Assembly: GCA_965655095.1 (NCBI GenBank)
Contig: OZ296649.1
Coordinates: 120,342,001 to 120,406,000 of the forward strand
DNA length: 64,000 nucleotides
Reading direction: 5' to 3'
From: Haplodiscus bocki
Lineage: Eukaryota
Of this stretch, positions 39,601 to 53,600 are shown in pieces. Under the pieces are notes generated by a model. That model saw only the letters and a list, made by a program, of their open reading frames with translations, made no database searches and had not been told where the DNA came from. The position numbers were made by a program, and so were the translations under genes. Each line of letters begins with the position of its first letter. The stretch's first letter is position 1.

Positions 39601-42600
39601 ATGAGATTTTTCCTGTTGTTTTGACCTTTCAGGAGTGGATTGACTGGATTTGTTGTGGATTAAAGCCATTTTACACTGTGGAAAATGACCTGGATTGCTG
39701 ATATTCAAAATAAATCCTATCTCTTATAGAACGTTCATGAAGTTTTGGGAATTATTTACCTAATTCGTGTGGCAAACGAAAGTCGTGAGACAAACAAATT
39801 TGCAATGGTATTAGATGGATGGGGGAAATGCAGTTTTTTTTGAAACTCATGATGAAGGAAAATTTGCAGAAGAAATTGGCATAAAAGTCGAACAAAGAAG
39901 AATCTGGATATATGAACTGCAAGTTCTTTTTACCCACCTCAAACCTTGTTGAGCGTTTCTTCAGTTTGTTGGGAATTACATTAACTGAGCATCACCAATC
40001 TTTTTGACTTCGGAGCATTTGGAGGGGCAACTCCTCCTAAAAGTCAACAAGCGGTTCTGGAGCCCACAAACTGTCGATTCTGCTGATAATCAATAACTCG
40101 ATTCAAATTTCCATTAATGGCCCTTAACGGATGAAAAGATTTTCATTTTTAAAAATTGCCAATAATGGATTTTTAATGTTTTCAAACTAAAAATTAATTT
40201 CCCTATAACTTTTCTGTCGCCCTGAACAGTAGTAACAAGTTTCCTGAACCGCCTTGCGTGGAAGCAAATTCTTTCGGATTGGTTAATTTTCACTAGCTCT
40301 TGGCTTAAGCCATCATCGTCCGTACAAGGTACGTGATATATTTCTCGGAAGCTCTAAAACATGACGTTGCGACGCTTGACAAAACGAGACCAACATTTGA
40401 CGCTTCAGCAATTGCCCGGCCTAGTGTTTCAGGCGCCTGACTAGGTAGGAGCGCCCCATTCTCAAATGGGGAAAATCAATCGGTTTTTTTGCTGTCAAAT
40501 ATTCCATTTCATTAACTCCTTTTACGTAAATGTTTAAAAAGGGATTGCGTTGAGGCGCTAATGAGAGGTCTCAACAGATCCATAATCTTTACGAAAAATG
40601 CGAATATTCAGTTTTGTTCGGACAAGCGACTGGACGGAATTTATTGGGCAAGTTTCTGACATCAAATTGGGATAGTACCACTTACAGAACTGATGGTATT
40701 AGGTGGAAAGATATAGTGAAAGAAATTATTTGGTGTATGATATATCAACGTATCGTTAACTGTGTGCACTCTATCATTCAAAGCTAAGTTGGCTGCGTTT
40801 TTCTACAAAAACTTATCTGTCACAAAATTGAAGATTTGGATATGGATATTTTAAGCTAAAACAACCCCCCCGCCCCAAACCACCACCACCAACAGGGTTA
40901 TGGAAAAATTAATGGAGCATTCCAATATTTGCCAAAAATGGAAGCCGTTATTTGATGGAATCTTTTTTGAAATTGCTATTAATGGATGGAAACGCAGCCC
41001 CACTATTAGCCATTATTTCCAGGGCCGATGTACTGTACAGATTGAAGTGGCGTTTGACAAATATTATGTTCTTATCTAATATTTACAAATGAAGAATAAC
41101 TCTAATACTGTCTATCTTGAGAGATAGTGCAGCACTGCCTGCTCGTCGCTTGTTGAAATTACTTAAGCGGTGTTTTGTGTTTCTATTGTGTGCTGTGTTT
41201 TTCATCGCACTATGTATGGCGCCTTCGAAACGCATTACTGATAACGAACGTTACGCAAAACTATTTTTCATTCCAACGGGAGAAGAAATGAAGAGAAATA
41301 TCGTTGTGCGGCTGTTGTTTTCTAGAAAACTGGAAAGGTTTGTTCAATTCTAATGTATCATATCAAAGTATTCTATGAGAACTATGAACGAGAAGCAAAA
41401 AACAATCAAGGCACTCGTAGAAATATTGAGATTTCGCCTGTTGTTATGAACATTTAGGGGTGGACTGACTGTATTTGTTGCGGATTAATGCCATTTTACA
41501 CTTTGGAAAATGACCTGCATCGCTGATATTCAAAATCAATTCCTACCTCTTATAAAACGTTCGTGAAGTTTTGGGAATTATTTACTAGTTCGTGTGGCAA
41601 ACGAAAGTCGTGAGACAAACAAATTTGAATTGGTATTAGATGGATGGGGGAAATACAGATTTGTTTGAAACTCATGACGAAGGAAACTTTGCAGAAGAAA
41701 TTTTGGCACGAAAGTCGAACAAAGGGGAATCTGGATATATGAACTGCAATTTCTTTTTATCCACCTCAAACGTTGTTGAGCGTTTCTTCAGTTTGTTGGG
41801 AAATGCGTTAACTGAGCATCACCAATATTTTTGACTTCGGAGCATTTGGAGGAGCAGCTCCTCCTTAAAGTCAACAAGCGGTTCTGGAACCCATAAACTG
41901 TCGATTCTGCTTATAATCAATAACTCGATTAAATTTTCCATTAATGGTCCTTAATGGATGAATGGATTTTTAAAATTCAATTTTGCCATTAATGGATTTT
42001 TCATCTTTTCAAACTAGAAATTAGTTTCCATTATTTTTTCCGTAGCCCTGACCAGTAGTAACAAGTTCCTTGAACCCCCTTACGTGGAAGCACATTCTTT
42101 CGGATTGGTTAATTTTCACTAGCTCTTGGCTTAAGCCATCATCGTTCGTACAAGGTACGTGATATATTTCTCGAAAGCTCAAAAACATGACGTTGGGATG
42201 CTCGACAAAACGAGACCAAGATTTGACGCTTCAGCACTTGCCGGGCCTATTGTTTTCAGGCGCTTGACTAGGTAGGAGCCCCCCATTCTCAAATGGGAAA
42301 AATCAATCGGTTTTTTTGCTGTCCGAAAACATTCCGTTTTCTCAACTCCTTTTACATAAATGTTTCAGAGGGATTGCGTTGAAGCGCTAATGGGAGGACT
42401 CAACAGAGCCATAATCTTTGCGAAAAATGCAACTGTTCAGTTTCCTTCGGACAAGCGACTGGACGGAATTTAATGGGCAAAATTCTGACATCAAATTAGG
42501 ATAGTACCAATTACAGAACTGATGGTATTATGTGGAAGATATAGTAAAAAAATTAATTGGTGAATGATATCTCACCGTATTGTTAGTTGTGTGGACTTTA

Positions 42601-45600
42601 TCATTCAAAGCTAAGTTGGCTGCGTTTTTCAACGAAAACTTATTTGTCACAAAATTTAGGATTTGGATATGGATATTTTAAGCCAACCTCCCCCCCCCCG
42701 CCCCAAACCACCACCACCAACTGGGCTATGGAAACATTAATGGAGCATTGCAATAATTGCCATTATTGGAAGCCGTTATTTGATGGAATCAGTTTTGAAA
42801 TTGCCAATTAATGGATGGAAACGCAGCCCCACTATTAGCCATTATTTCCAGGGCCGATGTACTGTACAGATTGAAGTAGCGTTTGACAAATAATACGTTC
42901 CTATCTAGTATTTACAAATGAAGAGTGACTCTAATACTGTCCATCTTGAGAGGTAATGCAGCACTGCCTGCTCCTCGCCTGTTGCAAATTTTTACGCTGT
43001 GTTTTGTGTTTATCTTGTGTGCTGTGTTATTCATCGCACTATGTATGACGCCATCGAAACGCATTACTGATATCGAACGTTACGCAAAATTATATTTCAC
43101 TCCACCGTGAGGAGAAATGAAGAGAAATGTCTTTGTGCGGCTGTTGTTTACTAGAAAAGTGGAAAAGTTTACTCAATTTTATTGTCTCATCAAAATCTTC
43201 TTTAAGGACTATGAACGAGAAGCGAAAAACAATCACGGCACGCTTAGGAAAATTGAGACTTCGCCTGTTTTTTCTAAACAATTTTGCGTGGATTGACTGG
43301 ATTTGTTTCGGATTAAACGCTTTTTTTACTGTGGAAAATGATCCGGATCGCCGATATTCAAAAAAAAAACATATTTCTTATAAAACGTTCATGAAGTATT
43401 TGGAACTAGTTACCCCTAATTTGTGTGGTAAACGAAAGTCGTGAGACAAACAAACTTGCGTTGGTATTAGTTGGATGGGGGAAATGCAGATATTTTTGAA
43501 GCTCATGATGAAGGAAACTTTGCAGAAGAAATTTTGGCATAAGAAACGAACAAAGAAGAATCTGGATATATGAACTGCAATTTCCTTTACCCACCTCAAA
43601 CCTTGTTGAGCGTTTTTTCACTTTGTTGGCAATTGCGTGAACTCAGCATCATCAATCTTTTCGGCTTCGAAGCTTTTGAAGGACCAGCCCTTCCTAAAAG
43701 TCAACAAGTGGTTCTGGAGCCCAATTTGTCGAATCTGCTTATAATCAATAACTCGATTAAACTTTCCTTTAGGGCCTCCTAATGGATTAATGGATTTCCT
43801 ACTTTCAATATTGCCATTAATGGATTTTCCCTCTTTTCAAAATGAAAATACGTTTCCAATAATTTTTCCTTCTGCCCTGACCACCAGTAGTAGCAATATG
43901 TTGGAACCTTCTTGCGTAGCCATCATCGTCCCTACGAAGTACGTGATATATTTCTCCAATGTTCGAAAAGATGACGTTAGGTTGCTCGACAAAACGAGAC
44001 CAACATCTGACACTTCAGCACTTGCCGGGCCTAATGTTTTCAGGCGCCTGACTAGCTAGGAGCCCCCCGTTCTCAAATGCCAAAAATCAAACGGTTTTTT
44101 TGCTGTTTTCAAACATTCCATTTCATTAACTCCACTTACATGAATGTTTCAACGGGATTGCGTTGAAGCGCTAATGAGAGGACTCAACAGAGCCATAACA
44201 TTTACGAAAAATGCAAATATTCAGTTTCGTTCGGACAAACGGCTGGACGGAAGTTAATAGGCAAGTTTCTGACATCACATTGGGATAGTACCACTTACAG
44301 AACTGATGGTATTGTGTGGAAAGATATAGTAAAAAAAATTGATTTGTGTATGATATCTCAGGGTATCGTTTGTTATGTGCACTCTATCATTCAAGGATAG
44401 GTTGGCTCCGTTTTTCTACAAAAACTTTTCTGTCACAATTTCGAAGATTTGGATATGGACATTTTAAGCCAAATACACACCGTCCCACTCAAACCTCCAG
44501 CAACAACAGGGCTATGGAAAAATTAATGGAGCATTCAAAAAACTGCCATTAATGGAAGCCGTTATTTGATGGAATCATTTTTGAAATTGTCCTTAGTGGA
44601 TGGAAATGCAGCCCCATTACCAGCCATTATTTCCAGGGCCGATGAACTGTACAATTTGAAGTGGCGTTCGACACAAAATACGTTCTTAACTAGTATTTAC
44701 AAATGGAGAGTGACTCTAATAATGTCTATCTTCAGAGAAAAAGCAGTACTGCCTGCTCGTCGCTTGCTGCACCTAACTAAGCGGTGTTTTGTGTTTTTCT
44801 TGTGTGCTGTGTTATTCATCGCACTATGTATGACGCCATCGAAACGCATTACTGATATCGAACGTTACGCAAAGTTATATTTCACTCCAACGTGAGGAGA
44901 AATGAAGAGAAATGTCTTTGTGCGGCTGTTGTTTACTAGAAAAGTGGAAAAGTTTACTCAATTTTATTGTCTCATCAAAATTTTCTTTAAGGACTATGAA
45001 CGAGAAGCGAAAAACAATCACGGCACCCTTAGGAATATTGAGATTTCGCCTGTTTTTTTTTAAACAATTTTGGGTGGATTGACTGGATTTGTTTCGGATT
45101 AAACGCTTTTTATACTGTGGAAATTGATCCGGATCGCCGATATTCAAAAATAAAACATATTTCTTATAAAACGTTCATGAAGTATTTGGAATTAGTTACC
45201 CCTAATTTGTGTGGCAAACGAAAGTCGTGAGACAAACAAATTTGCATTGGTATTAGTTGGATGGGGGAAACGCAGATATTTTTGAGGCTCATGATGAAGG
45301 AAACTTTGCAGAAGACATTTTGGCATAAGAAACGAACAAAGAAGAATCTGGATATATGAACTGCAATTTCCTTTACCCACCTCAAACCTTGTTGAGCGTT
45401 TTTTCTTTTTGTTGGCAATTGCGTGAACTCAGCATCATCAATCTTTTCGGCTTCGAAGCTTTTGAAGGACCAGCCCTTCATAAAAGTCAACAAGTGGTTC
45501 TGGAGCCCAATTTGTCGAATCTGCTTATAATCAGTAACTCGATTAAACTTTCCTTTAGGGCTTCTTAATGGATTAATGGATTTCCTACTTTCAATTTTGC

Positions 45601-48600
45601 CATTAATGGATTTTCCCTCTTTTCAAAGTGAAAATACGTTTCCAATAAATTTTCTTTCTGCCCTGACCACCAGTAGTAGCAATATGTTGGAACCTTCTTG
45701 CGTAGCCATCATCGTCCATACGAAGTACGTGATATATTTCTCCAATGTTCGAAAAGATGACGTTAGGTTGCTCGACAAAACGAGACCAACATCTGACACT
45801 TCAGCACTTGCCGGGCCTAATGTTTTCAGGCGCCTGACTAGCTAGGAGCCCCCCGTTCTCAAATGCCAAAAATCAAACGGTTTTTTTGCTGTTTTCAAAC
45901 ATTCCATTTCATTAACTCCACTTACATGAATGTTTCAACGGGATTGCGTTGAAGCCCTAATGAGAGGACTCAACAGAGCCATAACATTTACGAAAAATGC
46001 AAATATTCAGTTTCGTTCGGACAAACGGCTGGACGGAAGTTAATAGGCAAGTATCTGACATCAGATTGGGATAGTACCACTTACAGAACTGATGGTATTG
46101 TGTGGAAAGATATAGTAAAAAAATTGATTTGTGTATGATATCTCAGGGTATCGTTTGTTATGTGCACTCTATCATTCAAGGATAGGTTGGCTCCGTTTTT
46201 CTACAAAAACTATTCTGTCACAATTTCGAAGATTTGGATATGGACATTTTAAGCCAAATACACACCCTCCCACTCAAACCTCCAGCAACAACAGGGCTAT
46301 GAAAAAATTAATGGAGCATTCAAAAAACTGCCATTAATGGAAGCCGTTATTTGATGGAATCATTTTTGAAGTTGTCCTTAGTGGATGGAAATGCAGCCCC
46401 ATTACCAGCCATTATTTCCAGGGCCGATGAACTGTACAATTTGAAGTGGCGTTCGACACAAAATACGTTCTTAACTAGTATTTACAAATGGAGAGTGACT
46501 CTAATAATGTCTATCTTCAGAGAAAAAGCAGTACTGCCTGCTCGTCGCTTGCTGCACCTAACTAAGCGGTGTTTTGTGTTTTTCTTGTGTGCTGTGTTAT
46601 TCATCGCACTATGTATGACGCCATCGAAACGCATTACTGATATCGAACGTTACGCAAAATTATATTTCACTCCAACGTGAGGAGAAATGAAGAGAAATGT
46701 CTTTGTGCGGCTGTTGTTTACTAGAAAAGTGGAAAAGTTTACTCAATTTTATTGTCTCATCAAAATTTTCTTTAAGGACTATGAACGAGAAGCGAAAAAC
46801 AATCACGGCACCCTTAGGAATATTGAGATTCCGTCTGTTTTTTTTAAACAATTTTGGGTGGATTGACTGGATTTTTTCGGATTAAACGCTTTTTACACTG
46901 TGGAAAATGATCCGGATCGCCGATATTCAAAAATAAAACATATTTCTTATAAAACGTTCATGAAGTATTTGGAATTAGTTACCCCTAATTCGTGTGGCAA
47001 ACGAAAGTCGTGAGACAAACAAATTTGCATTGGTATTAGTTGGATGGGGGAAATGCAGATATTTTTGAAGCTCATGATGAAGGAAACTTTGCAGAAGACA
47101 TTTTGGCATAAGAAACGAACAAAGAAGAATCTGGATATATGAACTGCAATTTCCTTTGCCCACCTCAAACCTTGTTGAGCGTTTTTTCACTTTGTTGGCA
47201 ATTGCGTGAACTCAGCATCATCAATCTTTTCGGCTTCGAAGCTTTTGAAGGACCAGCCCTTCATAAAAGTCAACAAGTGGTTCTGGAGCCCAATTTGTCG
47301 AATCTGCTTATAATCAATAACTCGATTAAACTTTCCTTTAGGGCTTCTTAATGGATTAATGGATTTCCTACTTTCAATATTGCCATTAATGGATTTTCCC
47401 TCTTTTCAAAGTGAAAATACGTTTCCAATAAATTTTCTTTCTGCCCTGACCACTAGTAGTAGCAATATGTTGGAACCTTCTTGCGTAGCCATCATCGTCC
47501 ATACGAAGTACGTGATATATTTCTCCAATGTTCGAAAAGATGACGTTAGGTTGCTCGACAAAACGAGACCAACATCTGACACTTCAGCACTTGCCGGGCC
47601 TAATGTTTTCAGGCGCCTGACTAGCTAGGAGCCCCCCGTTCTCAAATGCCAAAAATCAAACGGTTTTTTTGCTGTTTTCAAACATTCCATTTCATTAACT
47701 CCACTTACATGAATGTTTCAACGGGATTGCGTTGAAGCGCTAATGAGAGGACTCAACAGAGCTATAGCCTTCCCGAAAAAGGCAAGTCTTCAATTTCGTT
47801 CGGACAAGCGGCTGGACGGAATTTGATGGGCATTTTTCTGACATCAAATTGGGATGGTACCACTAACAGAACCGATGGTATTATGTGGAAAGCTAGTTAT
47901 AGTAAAAAAATTAATTGTGTATGATATCTCAGCGTATCGTTAGTTTTGTGCACTCTATCATTCAAAACTGAGTTGGCTGAGTTTTTCTACAAAAATTTAT
48001 ATGTCACACAATTGAAAACTCGGATATGGACATTTTAAGCCGAATACAACCCCCCCCCCCCCCCAAAACCACCACCAGAAGCAGGGCTAGGGAAAAAATA
48101 ATGAAGCGTTCCATTAATTACCATTAACGAAAGCCGTTAACTGATGGAATCAATTTTGAAAATGCCTTTAAAGAATGGAAACGCAACCCCAATAAAAGCC
48201 ATTACTTCCAGGGCCGATGAACTCTACAATTTGAAGCAACATTCGACAAATAATTCGTTCTTAACTATTTTTCACAAATGGAGAGTGACTCTAAAAAGGT
48301 CTATCTTCAGAGAAAAAGCAGTACTGCCTGCTCGTCGCTTGCTGCACCTAACTAAGCGGTGTTTTGTGTTTCTCTTGTGTGCTGTGTTATTCATCGCACT
48401 GTGTATGTGCCTTCGAAGTGCCTGACTGATACCGAACGTTACGCAAAATTTTATTTTACTCCGACGGGTGAAGAAATGAAGAGAAATGTCGTTGTGGTGC
48501 TCTTATTTCGAAAAAAAGCTGCAAAGGCTTTCCTGTTTTTGATGGCTCATGTCAAAGTAATCTATAAGTACTATGAAGAAGAAGCAAAAAGCAATCAAGG

Positions 48601-49909
48601 CACTCTTAGGAATATTGAGACGTCGCTTGTTGTTAAGAACATTTATGGATGGATTGATTTAATTTGTTGCGGAATAAAGCCATTTTACACCGTGGAAAAA
48701 GACCTGGACTGCTGATATTCAAAATTAAATCCTATCTTTTATAAAACGTTCATGAAGCCATTGCAATTAGGTACCCCTGGTTCGCGTGGCAAACGAAAAT
48801 TATGAGACAAACAAAAATGCATTGGTATAAAAAAATGGGAGAAATGCAGATTTTTTTGAAACTCATGTTGAAGGAAAATATGAAAAAGGAGTTTTGGCAT
48901 AAAAGTCGAACAAAAAAGAATCTGGACATATGAACTGCAAATTCCCTTTACCAACCTCAATCCTTGTTGAGCGTTTCTTCAATTTGTTGGGAATTGCGTT
49001 AGCTCAGCATCGCCAATATTTATGACTTCGGAGCATTTGAAGGAGCAGCTCTTTCTAAAAGTCAACAGGTGGTTCTCGAGCCCACAAACTGTCGAATTTG
49101 CTTATATTCAATAACTCGAGTAAATTTTCCATTTTTGACCCCAACGGATTAAGGAATTTTCAATTTTCAATATTGCCATTAAGGTTTTTTCCTATTTTCA
49201 AATTGAAAATTCATTTCCATTTTTTTTCCGTAGCCCTGACCACAAGTAGTAACAAGATTTTTGAACCCTATTGCGTGGAAGGATTTTTTTTGGGATTGGT
49301 TAATTTTCACTCTTACGTGGCTTAAACCAACATCGTCCGTACAAGATACGTGAAATAATTCTCGAAAGCTCAAAAGCAAGACGTTGGGTTGCTCCACAAA
49401 ACAAGACCAACATCTGACACTTCAGCACTTGCCGGGCCTTATGTTTTCAGGCGTTTGACTAGGAACGAGCCCCATTCTCAAATGCAAAAAAGCAATCGAT
49501 TTTTTGCTGCTGTCAAGCATTCCATTTCATTGACTCCACTTACATAATTGTTTTAATGGGATTGCGCTGAAGCGCTAATGGGGGGACTCAACAGAGCTAT
49601 AGCCTTCCCGAAAAAGGCAAGTCTTCAATTTCGTTCGGACAGACGGCTGGACGGAAGTTAATAGGCAAGTTTCTGACATCAGATTGGGATAGTACCACTT
49701 ACAGAACTGATGGTATTGTGTGGAAAGATATAGTAAAAAAATTGATTTGTGTATGATATCTCAGGGTATCGTTTGTTATGTGCACTCTATCATTCAAGGA
49801 TAGGTTGGCTCCGTTTTTCTACAAAAACTTTTCTGTCACAATTTCGAAGATTTGGATATGGAAATTTTAAGCCAAATACACCCCCTCCGACTCAAACCTC
49901 CAGCAACAA

Positions 49910-50680
49910 CAGGGCTATGAAAAAATTAATGGAGCATTCAAAAAACTGCCATTAATGGAAGCCGTTATTTGATGGAATCATTTTTGAAATTGTCCTTAGT
50001 GGATGGAAACGCAGCCCCTTTATTAGCCATTAATTCCAGGGCCGAATGACTGTACAGATTGAAGTGGCGTAAGACAAATAATATGTTCCTAACTAGTATT
50101 TACAGATGGAGAGTGACTCTAGTAATGTCTATCTTCAGAGAAAAGCAGTACTGCCTACTTGTTGCTTGCTGCATCTAATTAAGCGGTGCTTTGTGTTTAT
50201 CTTGTGTGCTGTGTTATTCATTGCACTGTGTATGGCGCCTTCGGATTGCTTTACTGATAACGAACATTACGCAAAAATTTTTTTAATCCACCGGGAGAAG
50301 AAAGGAAGAAAAATGTCGTTGTGGGGCTGTTATTTCCAAAAAATTTTGAAAGGGTTTATTTGATTGTGATGTCTCATGTCAAAGTAATCTATAAGTACTA
50401 TAAACCAGAAGAAAAAGGCAGTCAAAACACTATTGGGAATATTGAGATTCCGCCTGTTGCCATAAACATTTATGGGCGGATTGACTGAGTTGGTTTCGGA
50501 TTAAAGCCTTTTTACACTAAGGAAAAAGACCTGGATCGCTGATATTCAAAATTAAATCCTACCACTTGTAAAACGTTCATGAAGTATTTGGAATTAGTCA
50601 CACCTATTTCGCCTGGCAAACGAAAGTCGTGAGACAAACAAATTTTCATTGGTATTAGACAAATGGGTGAAACGCAGATT
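49910..50680 (+). mobile_element. hAT copy 23 lacking the C-terminal half and right TIR
   Basis: Junction GCAGAT|TACGTG at ~50680 joins the DGW region directly to spacer sequence. The unit is 1336 bp rather than ~1840 bp. Confidence 0.85.
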
Positions 50681-53600
50681 ACGTGTTATATTTCACGAAA
50701 GCTCAAAAACATGACGTTGGGTTGCTCGACAAAACGAGACCAACATCTGACGCTTCAGCACTTGCCGGGCCTATAGTTTTCAGGCGCCTGACTAGGTAGG
50801 AGCCCCCATTATCAAATGCGAAAAATTAATCGATTTTTTTGCTGTTGTTAAACATTCCATTTCATTAACTCCACTTACAAATTTTTCAAAGGGATTGCGT
50901 TGAAGCACTAATGGGAGGATTCAACAAAGCTTTAGGTTTCACGAAAAATGCAAGTGTTCAGTTTCGTTCAGACATGTGGCCGGACAGAATTTAGTGGGCA
51001 AGTTCCTGACATCAAATTGGGATAGTACCACTTACAGACCTGAGGGTACCATGTGAAAAGATACTTATAGTAAAAAAAAACAATTGGTGTTTGATATCTC
51101 AGCGTATTGTTAGTTTTGTGCACTCTATCATTCAAAGCTAAGTTGGCTGCGCTTTTCAACAAATACTTTTCTGTTACAAAATTGAAGAATTGGATATGGA
51201 TATTTTAAGCCAAATACAACCCCCCCCCCAAACCACCAGCAGCAGCAGGACTACGGAAAAATTAAGGAAGCGTTCCATTAATTGCTATTAATTAAAGCCG
51301 TTAAATGATGGAATCTTTTTTGAAAATGCCCCTAATGGATGGAAATGCAGCCCCATTACCAGCCATTATTTCCAGGGCCGATGAACTGTACAATTTGAGG
51401 TGGCGTTCGACACAAAATACGTTCTTAACTAGTATTTACAAATGGAGAGTGACTCTTATAATGTCTATCTTCAGAGAAAAAGTAGTACTGCCTGCTCGCC
51501 GCTTGCTGCACCTAACTAAGCGGTGTTTTGTGTTTCTCTTGTGTGCTGTGTTATTCATCGCACTGTGTATGGCGCCCTCGAATTGCATTACTGATAACGA
51601 ACGTTACGCAAAAGTATATTTCAATCCAACGGGAGAAGAAATGAAGAGAAATGTCGTTGTGCAGCTGTTGATTCCTAAAAACAGTTGAAAAGTTTATTCA
51701 ATTTTAATGCCTCATATCAAAGTATTCTATGAGAACTATGAACGAGAAGCAAAAAACAATCAAGGCACTCTTAGGAATATTGAGGGTTCGCCTGTTGCTA
51801 TGAACATTTAGGGGTAGATTGACTGGATTTGTTGCGGACTAAAGCCATTTTACACTGTGGAAAATGACCTGAACTGCTGATATTCAGAATTAAATCCTAT
51901 ATTTTATAAAACTTTCATGATGTTTTGGGAATTTTTTACCTAATTCGCGTGGCAAGCGAAAATCATGAGACAAACAAAATTGCATTGGTATAAAAAGGAT
52001 GGGAGAAATTCAGATATTTTTGCAGCTCATGTTGAAGGAAAATATGAAGAGGGAGTTTTGGCATAAAATTCGAACAAAAAAGAATCTGGACATATGAACT
52101 GCAAAATTCTTTACCCACCTCAATCCTTGTTGAGCGTTTCTTCAGTTTGTTGGGAATTGTGTTAACTCAGCATCGGCAATCATTTTGACTTCGGAGCATT
52201 TGAAAGAGAGGCTCTGCCTAAAAATCATTAAGTGGTTTTGGAGCCCACAAGCTGACGAATTTGCTTATATTCAATAACTCGATTAGATATTCCATTTTTG
52301 GCCCTAATGGAATAAGTGATTTTCAATATTCAATATTGCCGTTATGGTTTTTTTCTTATTTTAAAATTGAAAATTCATTTCCATCACTAATTCCGTAGCC
52401 CTGACCACGAGTATTAACAAAATTTTTGAGCCCTATTGCGTGGGAGCAAATTTTTTTGCATTGGTTATTTTTCAGTCGCTCGTGGCTTAAGCCATCATCG
52501 TACGTACAAGGTACGTGAAATAATTCTCGAAAGCTCAAAGAAATGACGTTGGGTTGCTCCACAAAACGAGACCAACATCTGACAGTTCAGCACTTGCCGG
52601 GCCTAATGTTTTCAGGCGTTTGACTAGGAACGAGCCCCCCATTCTCAAATGCAAAAAAAACAATCGATTTTTTGCTGTTGTCAAGCATTCCATTTCATTA
52701 ACTCCACTTACATAAATGTTTTAAATGGATTGCCTTGAAGCGCTAATGGGAGGACTCAACAGAGCTTAGGCCTTCCCGAAAAAACCAAGTGTTCAATTTC
52801 ATTCGGACAAGCGGCTGGACGGAATTCGATGGGCAGGTTTCTGACATCAAATTGGGATGGTACCACTTACAGAACCGATGGTATTATGTGGAAAGATATT
52901 TATAGTAAAAAAACTAATTGTGTATGATATCTCAGCGTATCGTTAGTTTTGTGCACTCTATCATTCAAAACTGATGTGGCTGCGTTTTTCTACAAAAATT
53001 TATCTGTCACAAAATTGAAGACTCGGATATGGACATTTTAAGCCGAATACATCCCCCCCCAGACCACCACCAGTAGCAGGGCTATGGAAACAATAATGAA
53101 GCGTTCCATTAATTACCATTATTGAAAGCCGTTAATTGATGGAATCAATTTTGAAAACGCCTTCAAAGGATGGAAACCCCATTAAAAGCCATTATTTCCA
53201 GGGTTGATGAACTCTACAATTTGAAGTGGCCTTCGACAAATAACACGTTCTTAACTAGTATTTACAAATGGAGAGTGACTCTAATAAGGTCTATCTTCAG
53301 AGAAAAAGCAGTACTGCCTGCTCGTCGCTTGCTGCACTTAACTAAGCGGTGTTTTGTGTTTCTCTTGTGTGCTGTGTTATTCATCGCACTGTGTATGGCG
53401 CCTTTGAAATGCCTGACTGATAACGAATGTTACGCAAAGTTTTATTTTACTCCGACGCGAGAAGAAATGAAGAGAAATGTCGTTGTGGTGCTCTTATTTC
53501 GAAAAAAAGCTGCAAAGGCTTTCCTGTTTTTGATGGCTCATGTCAAAGTAATCTATAAGTACTATGAAGAAGAAGCAAAAAGCAATCAAGGCACTCTTAG

